From positions 1-64,000 of the forward strand of contig CAWHEP010000004.1 in NCBI GenBank assembly GCA_963828525.1: a stretch of DNA of 64,000 nt, given 5' to 3'. Both the position numbers and the translations under genes were made by a program. The notes under the pieces were generated by a model. It did no database searches and had not been told where the DNA came from. It was given only the letters and a program-made list of their open reading frames with translations. Of this stretch, positions 1-10,835 are shown piece after piece (the first letter of the stretch is position 1; each line of letters starts with the position of its first letter). Source of the DNA: an uncultured Verrucomicrobiae bacterium. Lineage in GTDB: Bacteria; Verrucomicrobiota; Verrucomicrobiia; Chthoniobacterales; Chthoniobacteraceae.

Positions 1-261
1 CCCAAAGCCAAACCCAAATTCCGTCCCTACACTTATAACCACACCCCAACACTCCCGTCCACGCCACCACGTTCTCACTCCAAGAGCACTCCGCTGCCCT
101 AGGCAAACCAAAATTTCTTTCGTCTGTTCGATAATTTTTCTTGCGCATATTCAAAAAATCCCTAATCTCATCAAAGTTTCCGCAATCGTTCCAAATACCC
201 CTTTTCACGCCAAGCATCCTCGACCTTTTCCGCAGAACCCCAGACCCTAACACGTTCCCCG

Positions 262-3200
262 ATAACATCAAACATCCCAATCCGTAAATACCTTTCTCCG
301 TTCCCGGGCGGGGCAATTGCTCTCATAGCTCTCGTCCTTTTCTGCGCCAGCCGGACGGCCAACGCGGCCAACACTGGAGATACTTTCAAGACTACTGCGA
401 CTGACATGTCGGTGGGGACGAATTACACCACAACCATTACTCCCACTGCGGCGACAACAAAAGATATTCAGCTTTCTGGTAGCTATTCAGCAGGAACGAC
501 GTTCACGATCAACGGCGCTGCCCTTAATTTCGGGACCCTGGGACGACATTGATACCACTCAGTCCCTAATCATATCGAACTCCAACGCCGCGGCTGGTTC
601 TATCACCCTTAGCACAGCTTCGAATTCCACTTCTGGCTCCGTAGCCGCCGATCTCCTGTATGTAAAGACAGGCGCCGTAATCCTCACGATCCAAAACGGA
701 GCAGGCGCGGTTACTCTCATCACCGCAGTCAATGGTAACATTGATAACGCAGGCGCGCTTTCCATTTCAAGCGGAGTCAGTATCGGAGCTAGCTTGACCG
801 CCACCTTTAGCGGCACGGGCGCGACGACTGTGAGCGGAACCATCGCAGCGACAACTGGCGCTTTGACCTACTCCGGCACGGGAGGAACCCTTACGCTAAC
901 TGGGTACTAACAGCTACACTGGCGTGACCACGGTGAACGCTGGCGCCTTCAACTGAAAGCGGCTCCGGCGCTAACGTCGGCCTAACCAGCTACACGCTTA
1001 ACGGCGGTTCGCTGATCCTCAATAACACCACTGCGGCTGGCGGTAATAACAACAACCGGATTTTAGACGCAGCCACTATCGCCCTTAACGGCGGAGCTTT
1101 TCTACTTCGGTACGATGGAGCGGGCACCGCCGCGAGCAAAACTCAACCGAAACGGTCGGGGCGTTGAGCGAAGCCTGGGTAACTCGGTCATCACCGTTGC
1201 GGCAGCCGGTTCCAATACCGCCACGCTGACTGCAGCTTCTGCACACATGCGCGGCGGGTAATGGCACATATTTAGTGAACGGCGTCGGCCTTGGAGCAAA
1301 TGCGTCTGCACCGAATAAATTCATCCTAACGGCCACTCCTCACGCGGTCGGCACCACAGCGGCCCTTAGCACCGGAATCAACGCGGCGGTCAAGAACACG
1401 AAGATCGTGCCGTTTCTCGTCGGCGAGTCAACGCTGGCTTCTGGCGGCACCGGCACGGCAACCGGCATTGCGAACACCTTTGTGAATTAGATCGCCGCAA
1501 GCGGCCTGCGTCCCTTGAATCCCACCAATGAGTTCACAAACAACGCGATCACCACAGGTAACAACACCTACATCACTGCGGCGACGACATCGGCAGCCGC
1601 TACATCGCGATCAACTCCCTTGTCATCAACGGCGGCGACCTTACTGTCAACGATGGCACCACGCTCACAAACACCAGCGGGGCTCTTCTGTTTGCCACAT
1701 CGAACTCGGCCTTCTTCCGAGCGCCTCGACCGGCATTTACACTGCCGGCGCAACTGAAAATCAGGTTACGGTTAACCAGGGGGTAACCGGAACGATAAGC
1801 GCAAACTTTACGGCAAGCGCCTCTAACCAAGAGCGGTGCGGGAACCTTGAAGCTGACCGGTGCAAACGTCCTTTCCGGCACCACGTTTGTCACCTCTGGC
1901 GCTGTTGATCTTGCCAATGCGAACGCCCTCCAAAACAGCATCGTGCAACAAAATGTCGGCACCACGCTCACCTTTGACTCCTCGGCGGGAACGGCCTTCG
2001 CTCTCGGGGGCCTTAGCGGGTCCGGTAAACCTGTCCTCCACAAACACGGCAGGCACGACTCTTACCGCCCTCACGTTGGGCCAGAACTCAGCGGCGAGTC
2101 CGGGTTATAGCGGAGTCATCGCAGGGGCGGGCTTGACGCTGACCAAGGTAGGCACCGACACACAGAGTCTCTCCGGGATTTCGACCTACACCGGCGCTAC
2201 TACGGTTGCGGGAGGCATCCTGCAAATCAACGGGGGCAATATTAAAAGCAGTAGCGCTGTTACCGTCAACAGCGGCGCGTTTTTTGCAATCAACCTCGGC
2301 AACAGCAACGGTGCTGAAAGTAAGAAATCGGTGTAGGGATCAGCGGCTCCGGCGGCTTCATCGACAATCAGGGCAACCGGAAATTCAACCGTAACGTTGG
2401 ACAAAGTTAACACCTACTCGGGCCCTACTGAAATCACTAACCGCGGTGGACTCCAAGTGCAGTTCGCCACCACCTACGATGGGAGCGGCAATCCGACCGG
2501 TGGTTCCTTGGGCATTAACTCGGCGTTCATCATAACCAGTGGGGCCAATCCAGGCACGCTCTTTTTGAACGGAATTAATCAGCAGGTTGGCTCGCTCGCT
2601 TCAACGCAGGCAATGCTGACAATCACCCTCGGCGGCGGTGGGACTACGGGAGCGATCCTGACAACGGGAGGCGACAATACCTCAACCACCTTCGCGGGAA
2701 TAATAGCGGAGCAAACTAATCCCGGAGGGGCAACGAACGGGGGTGTTGGGGCGCTGAGCAGCACCGGTGGCGCGATCGTGAAGATCGGCACTGGCACCCA
2801 AACGTTTTCCGGCCCCAATCTCTACGAAGGGTCAACGACAATCGCAGGCGGCGTCTTATCTGTAACTACGATTGCGGACGGTGGCGTAGTCACGACCGGC
2901 GGCAACGGCAGCGTCGCGAGCACGACGCTCACGGTTTCCAGCACGACAGGATTAGTTATCGGTGAGAGAGTGCAGGGAAATGGCGTGGTGTTCGACAATA
3001 GCGGAACTGTTGCGACCGTGACCGCCATAAACGCGGGTTCGATAACCTTTGGCCGTAAGGTTCCAAACAGCACTCCCCTGTTTTTCGGCTTTGCCAACGG
3101 CCTTGACATCTCCAGCAACTTGGCTTCGAACCTGATTATCGATGGCGTAGTCGCCTCTCTACAGTATAACGGCACCGCGGTGGCCTCGACGGATCGCCTC

Positions 3201-4432
3201 TTCCAGATCGGTCGGAGCACTGACACTGGCGTCGCGGTGGGAACCCTCGACGCTTCTGGCTCAAGTGCAGTCACCTTCTCCAATACTGGCGCAATCGCCT
3301 TCGGGTTGGCAAACCAGGCTGACACCCTCGTCCTGACCGGACACAAACACCGGGCGCGAACACGCTGAACCCTGTCCTCGGGAAGCAACGGTTCGGCGGC
3401 TGTTGGATTGACCAAGAGTGGAAGCGGCTCATGGACGGTCGCCGGCGCGAATACATACACCGGCACCCGACTACGATTACCTCCGGCACTGAGCGCGGGC
3501 ATCGCCTCGGTGGCAGGAGTTAGCGGCGCGTTCGGGTTGAACTCTGGCCGTCGTGTTGACGAGCACTCCCGCGCGCGGCTCTCAACATCTCAGGCTTTGA
3601 CACTCAGATCGGTTCCCTCACCGGCGGGGGCGCGGCAGGCGGCAATGTAATCCTGGGAAATACCCCAACGGTTGGCGGAGATAACACCAGTCCAGCGGCT
3701 TATGCCGGGGCGATCTCGGGCGCGGGCAACCTGACCGGAGATGGGCACTGGCACTCAGATCCTATCAGGCACAAACACTTTCAGCGGTGCTACCACGGTG
3801 AGCGCGGGAACTTTGCAAGTCGGTACCGGAGCGCTCGGCGGCTCCCCCACGGTAAACGTGAATGCTGGCACTCTGCTCCTGGCCGGCAGCGGCAGTCACT
3901 TCAAGGCTGCGGGCACCGCTGCTATCACCGTTGCGAGTGGCGCGACATTGAACACAGGCGGGAACAATGATGGCTACACCCCGAATGGCACAACCAGCGG
4001 CGGCGCTTACAGCAACGGGATCGGCGCTCTCACCCTCACCGGCGGCTCCGTCCTTGACTTCGGCACTGGCGAACACCGGCAGCAACCTCTACGCGACCAG
4101 CCTCACCATCAACGGCACCGGCCAGGTAAATATCTACGACTGGACAGGGCCAGGCTGGCACCGACAATGGCGCTGCCACAAACGACCGCCTCCTCTATAA
4201 CGGCTCCGCCACGGGCGCTGTCTCCCAGGTCAACTTCTACAGCGACGCGGGCACGACCCTCATCGGCACCGGCCAGGAAATCAGCTTCGACGGCAAAACC
4301 GAGATCGTGGCGGCAGCCGTTCCAGAGCCCACCACCATCTTCGCTGGCTTGGTGGTCATCGGCTTCATCGGCTTCCGCGAGCGCCGCCGCATGAACGAAA
4401 TGTATCGCCGCGTAGCCAAAAAAACCGCGTAG
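262..4432 (+). CDS. PEP-CTERM surface protein 1 with autotransporter-associated beta-strand (passenger) repeats; many frameshifts, start approximate
   Basis: Signal-peptide-like N-terminus (RKYLSPFPGGAIALIALVLFCASRTANA); repeated K-x-G-x-G-T-x-x-L-S-G-x-N-T-Y-x-G-x-T-x-V units across ORF fragments; C-terminus AVPEPTTIFAGLVVIGFIGFRERRR..., TAG at 4430-4432. No ATG seen at the expected start (ATA at 262). Confidence 0.8.
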
Positions 4433-4452
4433 ACCCCAAATTCCTACAAGCC

Positions 4453-4490
4453 AAAGGCCGCGACGGTAACCCGTCGCGGCCTTTCTGTTT
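4453..4490 (+). terminator. Rho-independent terminator
   Basis: Perfect 14-bp stem AAAGGCCGCGACGG-TAAC-CCGTCGCGGCCTTT followed by CTGTTT, 20 nt after the stop codon. Confidence 0.85.
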
Positions 4491-4503
4491 CCCCCGTCTC
4501 CCC

Positions 4504-4556
4504 CTCGTTACCAAGTTGTACTTGGTAGCGCAATTGTCTTCGAAGTTGCACTTCGT
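4504..4556 (+). repeat. REP-like double hairpin (family A), copy 1, left flank of RAYT
   Basis: CTCGTTACCAAGT-TGT-ACTTGGTAGC...CGAAGT-TGC-ACTTCG. Confidence 0.85.
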
Positions 4557-4640
4557 CCTTCGTCCCCCTTCCGAATCAATGTCCCACCACGCAGCAGCTT
4601 GGAGCTTGAAATCGAGCCGTAGATAGCTACCACCCCGCGC

Positions 4641-5173
4641 ATGCGCAGCCGCTACAGAATACGCGAGCCCGCCTCGCTCACTTTGTCACATGCACCATCG
4701 TGGAGTGGCTGCCCGTCTTCACCGCTTCCGCGCGCTGTGACATCCTGGTGCAATCTCTCGCTTATTGCCGGGAGCACAAGGGATTGCAAATCCACGCATG
4801 GGTGATCCTCGATAACCACTTTCATGCGGTTCTCTCCGCGCCTGACCTAACCCGTGTTCTCGCGGACTTCAAACGCTACGCCGCCCGCGCGATCATCGAA
4901 CAGCTGAGCGCGGAGGGTTGCGAATGGATGCTAAACCAACTCGCCTATTACCGCGCCAAACATAAGCTATCGAGCGATCATCAGGTCTGGCAGGAGGGGT
5001 CGCATCCGCAGGCGATCATCAGCGACGACATCATGCAGCAGAAGCTAACATACATCCACAACAACCCAGTCAAGCGCGGGTTGGTTGCTTCACCGGAGCA
5101 TTGGCGCTACTCGTCAGCCCACGTGTGGCTTCCGGGCGCGATCCCGCTCCTCGCATCTGACCCTTGGCGGTGA
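4641..5173 (+). mobile_element. REP-associated tyrosine transposase (RAYT/TnpA-REP, IS200/Y1 HUH family); one frameshift near 4670
   Basis: MRSRYRIREP..HFVTCTIVEWLPVF N-terminus, HUH motif WVILDNHFHAVL, VWQEGSHP, YIHNNPVKRGLV..WRYSSA; flanked by inverted REP copies. Confidence 0.9.
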
Positions 5174-5220
5174 GTCGCGGTATGACCTTGCTCAAACTTG
5201 CGTGATCGGAAGCGGCGGCG

Positions 5221-5272
5221 GCGAAGTACAACTTCAAAGACAGTCATGTTCCCAAGTGCAACTTGGGAACAA
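5221..5272 (-). repeat. REP-like double hairpin (family A), copy 2, inverted, right flank of RAYT
   Basis: Reverse complement reads GTTCCCAAGT-TGC-ACTTGGGAAC...TGAAGT-TGT-ACTTCG. Confidence 0.85.
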
Positions 5273-5288
5273 GCGCGTAAAACGAACT

Positions 5289-5321
5289 CAAATCAAATTC
5301 GCCACAGTGTCGAATTTGCGG
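5289..5321 (+). repeat. Palindrome family B, copy 1 (left arm of an inverted pair with 5806-5838)
   Basis: CAAATCAAATTCGCCACAGTGTCGAATTTGCGG. Confidence 0.8.
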
Positions 5322-5368
5322 AAGTGGCGCTCCACGCCCGCGCGCCCCTCGTGCTTCCTCGTTCCCCC

Positions 5369-5421
5369 CTCGTTACCAAGTTGTACTTGGTAACTCAATT
5401 GTCTTCGAAGTTGCACTTCGC
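5369..5421 (+). repeat. REP-like double hairpin (family A), copy 3
   Basis: CTCGTTACCAAGT-TGT-ACTTGGTAAC...CGAAGT-TGC-ACTTCG. Confidence 0.85.
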
Positions 5422-5546
5422 TCCCCCTCGTCCTGGGCGCCCCTCAGATATTTCGCAATATATCTCTCGATATCTCGTTGCGCCGACTTCCCGAGTTTGG
5501 AAAACTGCTTTTCAGCGACCGGGTCGAAGGCGACCAGCCATTTCAC
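5373..5546 (-). pseudogene. Truncated RelE/StbE-family toxin (N-terminal ~39 codons, then reads into the REP)
   Basis: GTG start overlaps the antitoxin stop (GTGA); MKWLVAFDPVAEKQFSKLGKSAQRDIERYIAKYLRGAQD resembles the RelE/StbE N-terminus; sequence switches to REP at about 5430. Not in the ORF track (<60 aa). Confidence 0.7.
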
Positions 5547-5725
5547 AGATCGAATTTCTTGCGGATCTCCGCCATCGGGATGGGGGTGCCCGGTTTGGCA
5601 AGGACCGCCAGCACATCTGGCAAGTCCTCGGCGTCCTCCATTGCCTCACGCAATGCGCGGGCGATTTCTTTCATCTCAGAAACGGAAAGACTGGGCACTT
5701 GCTTGATGATTTCGGCTACGCTCAT
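5543..5725 (-). CDS. Putative type II antitoxin (60 aa)
   Basis: Small acidic ORF (MSVAEIIKQV...EDAEDL...IPMAEIRKKFDL) translationally coupled upstream of the RelE-like fragment, with its own promoter. Confidence 0.7.
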   Translation of the reverse strand: MSVAEIIKQVPSLSVSEMKEIARALREAMEDAEDLPDVLAVLAKPGTPIPMAEIRKKFDL

Positions 5726-5735
5726 CTATTACAGA

Positions 5736-5764
5736 ATTCTAATGGGCTGCGGGCGGCGGGTCAA
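5736..5764 (-). promoter_or_regulatory. Sigma70-type promoter of the antitoxin/RelE cassette
   Basis: Minus strand TTGACC-17 nt-TAGAAT, with ATG 10 nt downstream. Confidence 0.7.
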
Positions 5765-5805
5765 GCCGCGTGACGGAGGGCTCGTGAGGGATCCGAGCAC
5801 CACAT

Positions 5806-5838
5806 CCGCAAATTCTACACTGTGACGAATTTGATTTG
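5806..5838 (-). repeat. Palindrome family B, copy 2 (inverted)
   Basis: Reverse complement CAAATCAAATTCGTCACAGTGTAGAATTTGCGG, two mismatches to 5289-5321. Confidence 0.8.
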
Positions 5839-5845
5839 GATTTGG

Positions 5846-5910
5846 GATTTTAACCACGGAATACCAAGATGGGCGCGGATCGGGATTTTAACGCAGAGAC
5901 CCAGAGACGC
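5846..5910. repeat. Left arms of repeat families C and D bounding the HNH cassette
   Basis: GATTTTAACCACGGAATACCAAGATGGGCGCGGAT followed by GGATTTTAACGCAGAGACCCAGAG; both have inverted partners at 6424-6488. Confidence 0.65.
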
Positions 5911-6097
5911 GGTTGCATCGGGCGCATGCGAGGGCGAGGTTCGCCTCGCGCGTGGGGCCACCGTGTTTACGGCTTATTACGTGATCGACTTCACACCCGG
6001 CAAGCAGGAAGCGGCTTGGCGTAAGGCAATATTCGCACCTGCCTCCAGCCCGCTTTTCAACCTCTGACCGGAGAACCTTGCTAACGCTGCCCGGCAT
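5888..6097 (-). pseudogene. HNH endonuclease, C-terminally truncated
   Basis: RAGGRCEYC...EVDHVISRKHGG...NLALACARCNR, then runs into repeat D and stops after 6 codons. Confidence 0.75.
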
Positions 6098-6323
6098 CCC
6101 GGGATAGAAGTTGAGCCTTGGCCTTGGCAACGAATACCAAGTGCTCAAGCTTCAGGAAATCTTCTAGCTCCAGTTTCTCGACAGGCAGGAGACCATCTTG
6201 CTTCTCCTTCTCTATGAGTTCCCACACTCGTCGTTGCGCCTCTTCGGACGCATGGAACTCGGCGAGCGCCATCGGGGGGAGATTTCCAACCAAAAAGTCT
6301 ACGACCTCGTCGCTGGCATTCAT
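6081..6323 (-). CDS. Small partner (putative antitoxin) of the HNH nuclease, 80 aa
   Basis: MNASDEVVDFLV...EEAQRRVWELIEKEK...LEHLVFVAKAKA; overlaps the HNH start; possible TTGCCT-16-TATCCT promoter just upstream. Confidence 0.65.
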   Translation of the reverse strand: MNASDEVVDFLVGNLPPMALAEFHASEEAQRRVWELIEKEKQDGLLPVEKLELEDFLKLEHLVFVAKAKAQLLSRDAGQR

Positions 6324-6423
6324 TGACTCAAGGATATATGCTGGCGTGTTGAAGGCAAGCTCTCTCGCTCCCAAATCTGGATTCCTCACCAGTTCGGTCA
6401 CTGAAAACCCCTCCTTCTCTTTC

Positions 6424-6488
6424 GCCTCCGCGCCTCTGCCATAAATCCCTCATCCGTGCCCATCCTGGCAATCCGTGGTTAAAAATCA
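6424..6488. repeat. Right arms of repeat families D and C (inverted relative to 5846-5910)
   Basis: CTCCGCGCCTCTGCCATAAATCC and ATCCGTGCCATCCTGGCAATCCGTGGTTAAAAATC. Confidence 0.65.
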
Positions 6489-6504
6489 CCTCCCTCTTCG
6501 TCCC

Positions 6505-6556
6505 CTCGTTACCAAGTTGCACTTGGTAATGCCATTGTCCCGGAAGTTGTACTTCC
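6505..6556 (+). repeat. REP-like double hairpin (family A), copy 4
   Basis: CTCGTTACCAAGT-TGC-ACTTGGTAAT...GGAAGT-TGT-ACTTCC. Confidence 0.85.
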
Positions 6557-6688
6557 TCTTCCGCCCCCTCGGTAATGGGCTCGCCGTCGCGAAAAGCCCA
6601 TGTATCGCCTTTCGCTGCCGCGATTACCGCTCTACCAAACACGCCACTCACCATTCTGTTAAACGGTGGTTGAATCCCACCATAGAAC

Positions 6689-6714
6689 CAAATTCGTCAC
6701 AGTGTCGAATTTGC
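6689..6714 (+). repeat. Palindrome family B, copy 3, upstream of the PEP-CTERM gene 2 promoter
   Basis: CAAATTCGTCACAGTGTCGAATTTGC. Confidence 0.8.
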
Positions 6715-6807
6715 CACCCGCTTCCCGCAGTCCGCGCGGTGCTCCTCCGATAACCGAGAGACGGCCTGAGTTCTCTCTAAAAACTCGGAAGAACATGTCA
6801 TTTCTCC

Positions 6808-6836
6808 TTGAATTCCCATCCGCCCTCCGCTAACAT
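6808..6836 (+). promoter_or_regulatory. Sigma70-type promoter of PEP-CTERM gene 2
   Basis: TTGAAT-17 nt-TAACAT, conserved at 10992-11020. Confidence 0.65.
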
Positions 6837-6868
6837 GCGCGAGCCTTTTCCTCAGCCTTCCCTCAATC

Positions 6869-9800
6869 ATGATCAAACTCACGCCGCGCTCCAGCTTCTT
6901 CCTGAAATCGTCCGCAGCCCTTCTGCTTTCCTTAAGCATCTTCGGTGCCACCTCCGCAGACGCGGCTAGTTCAACATGGCAGGGCAACACCTCCACTGAT
7001 TGGGCAGGGCCTTCGGGGTTTGATGTCACTCCTGCAAGTGGAGACTCCTTGGTTTTCGGGGCCGATGGAGCGGCGGGCACTGCAGCGAATAATGTCCTTA
7101 CAAACACTCTCACTACGAGCGCCATTCAACATCGCGGGCATCACCTTCAATGCCGGTGCGCCCGCTTACACGATGACCGGGAACACATTTAATCTCACGA
7201 CTGGCATCACGAACAGCAGCGCCAACACTCAGACGTTCTCCAATACCGGCGGACTTTCGTCCAGCGCCGGGATCACGTTCACGATGGGCACCTCCGGCAC
7301 GGGGGCCATTACCGTCACCGGCACGCTTGCCAATAGCGCCGGTAATGGAACGAACTAACGGTGAATGGCGTGGGCACCACGCTGACTCTGGGCGCGTATA
7401 ACGTTAATGTCGGCGGCGCCAGAGTCGGGTCCAGCTTCAACGGCACGGGCAACGTTTCCATCGGTAACATCGTTGCGGGCAATGGTATCGATAACTTCAC
7501 CTATGCGGGCACGGGGACGCTGACGATTACCGGCACGAACAAGCTTAACGGCAATGGCGCTGGCCTCTACCAATGTCAGTTCCGGCACGCTGGTTTTGTC
7601 GGGAACGAATTTAGGTTCGCCTACAAACATCACTGGCAGCGGCGTGTTCAATGAGACGGCGTCCGGCGCAATGCAGAACATTGGCGGTAACACCGGTTTC
7701 ACTCAAAGCAGCAGCGGCACTTCGACCCTCGCCGGCGCCAACAACACCTACAGCGGTAACACATCCGTCAACTCAGGCGGGCTTATTCTCACGGGCACAA
7801 GCACCAATTCGAACTTTTTCGTCAACGGTGGGACATTTACGGAAGCGGGAACCGGCGTCATCGCTGGCGGCGGGAAGGGGTTTACCCAGACCGGCGGCAC
7901 ATCGACACTCTCCGGCGCCAATACCTTCACGGGTTTACCACCGTAAACGGCGGAGTCTTGAACCTGAATTTTGCGGGCGCTGGGGCTCCTGCAAACAACA
8001 TTATCAGCGCCGGTTCCACGCTCGTGCTCGGTGGCGGAAATCTCATCTCACGGGCTCGACCGGCGTGACAAATTCGCAAGCATTTTTCGCTACCACACTA
8101 ACGGCGGCAACCGCGTCCACGATCGTCTTCAACCAGAACGGCGCAACCTCTCTTTCCGGTTCGCTCGGCGCGATCACGCGTAACGCCGGTTCCACTGTGG
8201 ACATCACTCCTGCCTACTGGCGGCTCTCTCACCACCACCTCCACAACGTTTACCAGCAACGGCATTCTCGTCAGCGCCGCGGCCAACGGGGTCGCGTATG
8301 CCAGCGCCAACGGCGGAACCACCTGGGCGACGAACACGGCCGGCACAATCGGCGCGCTCGCCTCCGGCTCCTACGCCACCGGCGCGGCAAACTATACCGC
8401 AACCAACGAACGTTGATGTGACCGACGGCGACTCAGTTTCTGGCGTCACAGTCAATACCCTCCGGTTCAATGCCGCGACGGACGGCCTGACGTTAACGGG
8501 CGGGACAAACGTAATCAGCACTGGAGGCATCCTCGTGACACCGACGGCTACGGCGGCCAGCATCAGCGGAACCGGCATTTTGACGCCAGGCGGCGGCAAG
8601 GAACTCGTCATCCTCAATTACGGCGCGCTTAACGATCAACAACACCATCGCTGACAACGCCGCCGGCGTGTCCGCCCTGACACTGGGCGGTCAAACGGCC
8701 TGACAACCCTCAGCGGATCGAACACTTTCACTGGCCAGACCACTCTGCTCACCGGCACCCTGAACGACGCCAATCAGTTCGCTCTGCAAAACAGCACCGT
8801 CCAGCTCAACGCGGGAACCACGCTGACTTTCGACCAGTCGGTGACGAGCGGTTCGTTCATCCTCGGCGCTCTGAGCGGCACCCCGAATATTGCTCTGCAG
8901 ACCAATGCCACTACACCGCTTCCTGTCGCCCTCACGGTTGGCGGCAACAATGCAAGCACCACCTACAACGGCATCCTTTCTGGCTCAGGGTCGCTGATCA
9001 AGAACGGCACCGGGACACTAAGTCTTCAACCAAGGTCAAACCTACACGGGTGGCTTGACCATCAATAACGGCACAATAGGCTCTATTCAGAGCTAATGGC
9101 GGCCAAGCGTTTCTCGGAGCGAGCGGAACTCTTACGCTGGGCCAGGCGGGAAGCGCCAACTCGGCCACCTACATCGAGAACGGTGGCTTCAACAATCCAA
9201 TAGTAGTGAACCCGGGTTTGGTGGCTTCTCCGGGAACAGCGGGCCGCACTCTTGGCAACCACACAGGCAGCGGCAACACGTTCGGCGGCCCCATTACGTT
9301 GCTGGGAGGCGCTACGTTCACCGCAAATACAGGCAACGCCGGCTCGTTACCTTTACTGGGGGAGTCAGCGGTACCGGCAAGTCACGGTAAACAGCGCAGA
9401 TTCGACGGCCACGTCTCTCAACGGGAGCGGTGAACATGGCTGGCTTATTGCAAAACTGTATCCCCGAATGCCTCGCACGGTGACTGTTAACTCGGTGCTC
9501 GGAACAAACGTCACTGGTTTCATCCAAAACTCTTCAAACGCACGTTCCACGATTGTTCTGACCAACTGCGAATACCTTCCCTGGTGATACTACGATCACA
9601 AAGGGCACCGTTAACCTTCGAAACTCGCTGGCCCTCAGAACAGCGTAGTCGTCACCAATACCACAGCGGGCTACGCTGACTTTCGGCACCAGCGCCGCGA
9701 GTCGGCTTGTCCTCGGTCACCCTGGGCGGTCTTGCCGGCAACGGCAACGTGGACCTCGACGACACTCTCACGACCTCCTGGTCGCGTCGCCCTGACGATC

Positions 9801-10533
9801 GGAAACAGCAACGCTTCCAACGGCAGCGCGTCAAATCCAAACACCTTGAACCCTGTGTATTCGGGCGTCCTGTCCAATACGTCAACACTGGGCCGCCAGC
9901 GTCACAAAGGTGGGTACAAACACCCAGACCTTTTCCGGGAACTAAACCTACTCTGGTGCGACGGCAGTTAACGGTGGCATCCTGCTGGTAACAGGCTCCC
10001 TCTCCAACACCGCTTCGACCACGGTCGGCCTATCTGGAACCTTGGGCGGCAGCGGCCTGGTCGCCAACGCTGTTACCGTTAACGGCACAGTCGCCCCAGG
10101 CGCAACCAAAACGACGACTGCTGGCACAACTCTCACCATTGGCACCGGTGTTACTTTCAATACCAACAGTAACTTCGCGGTGAATCTCGACTTCAGCGCC
10201 AACGGTGGCGCTGGCGCCGTTGATCTTCTCGCCATCAATGGCCCGCTCACATTAAACGGCACGGACACCCTCACGGTGAATGTCCTGAACGGCTCAACCC
10301 CGAACGGCAGCACATTCATCGTTGCCACATTCACCCCGAACTCGCTCGCAGGGAGCAGCACCAACTTCGTTCTTGATCCCACCTCAACCGCCGCCGGATA
10401 TCAGGTCATTACGAACAACTCAGCCGGCAACGTCGAAATCCTTGCAATCCCCGAAGCCAGCACCACCGCCTCCATCTTCGGTGGCCTGGGAATCCTTGTA
10501 GTCTGCCAGCGCTTCCGCCGCCGCTCCGCCTAA
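6869..10533 (+). CDS. PEP-CTERM surface protein 2 with passenger-associated beta-strand repeats; multiple frameshifts
   Basis: Signal peptide MIKLTPRSSFFLKSSAALLLSLSIFGATSADA; Gly/Thr/Asn-rich repeats; C-terminal IPEASTTASIFGGLGILVVCQRFRRRSA. Confidence 0.85.
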
Positions 10534-10652
10534 CTCAGAAGGATTGCTGTGTAGCCCGCGCCGCAGGGAGGGACACTGAGGGCGTCCGTGTCAGACGCTG
10601 GTCCCGTACGATTTCACCTGCATAAACCAGGTAGTACGCCTTCCATCGCTGC

Positions 10653-10706
10653 CTCGTTCCCAAGTTGCACTTGGGAATGCAATTATCCTCGAAGTTGTAC
10701 TTCGTC
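10653..10706 (+). repeat. REP-like double hairpin (family A), copy 5
   Basis: CTCGTTCCCAAGT-TGC-ACTTGGGAAT...CGAAGT-TGT-ACTTCG. Confidence 0.85.
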
Positions 10707-10835
10707 TTCCGCCCCTCGCCGAGAGGACGCATGTCCGTAAAACCGTCGAAGCATTTTCGCAGCCGGCGTTTGGAACCGGAGCGTCTCGGCGCCACTTCGC
10801 GCGTTCTGCCACTGCTTGACCTGCCACCCTCAACC

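Noticed and set aside
5289..6714. Integron/attC cassette array
   Set aside because: No tyrosine-recombinase integrase, the repeats lack the RYYYAAC...GTTRRRY attC ends, and cassettes are bounded by inverted pairs rather than direct attC sites.
5198..6753. Plus-strand ORFs 5198-5773, 5478-5825 and 6475-6753 as genes
   Set aside because: They translate REP sequence (LVTKLYLV, FPSATWE) or are antisense to better-supported TA genes.
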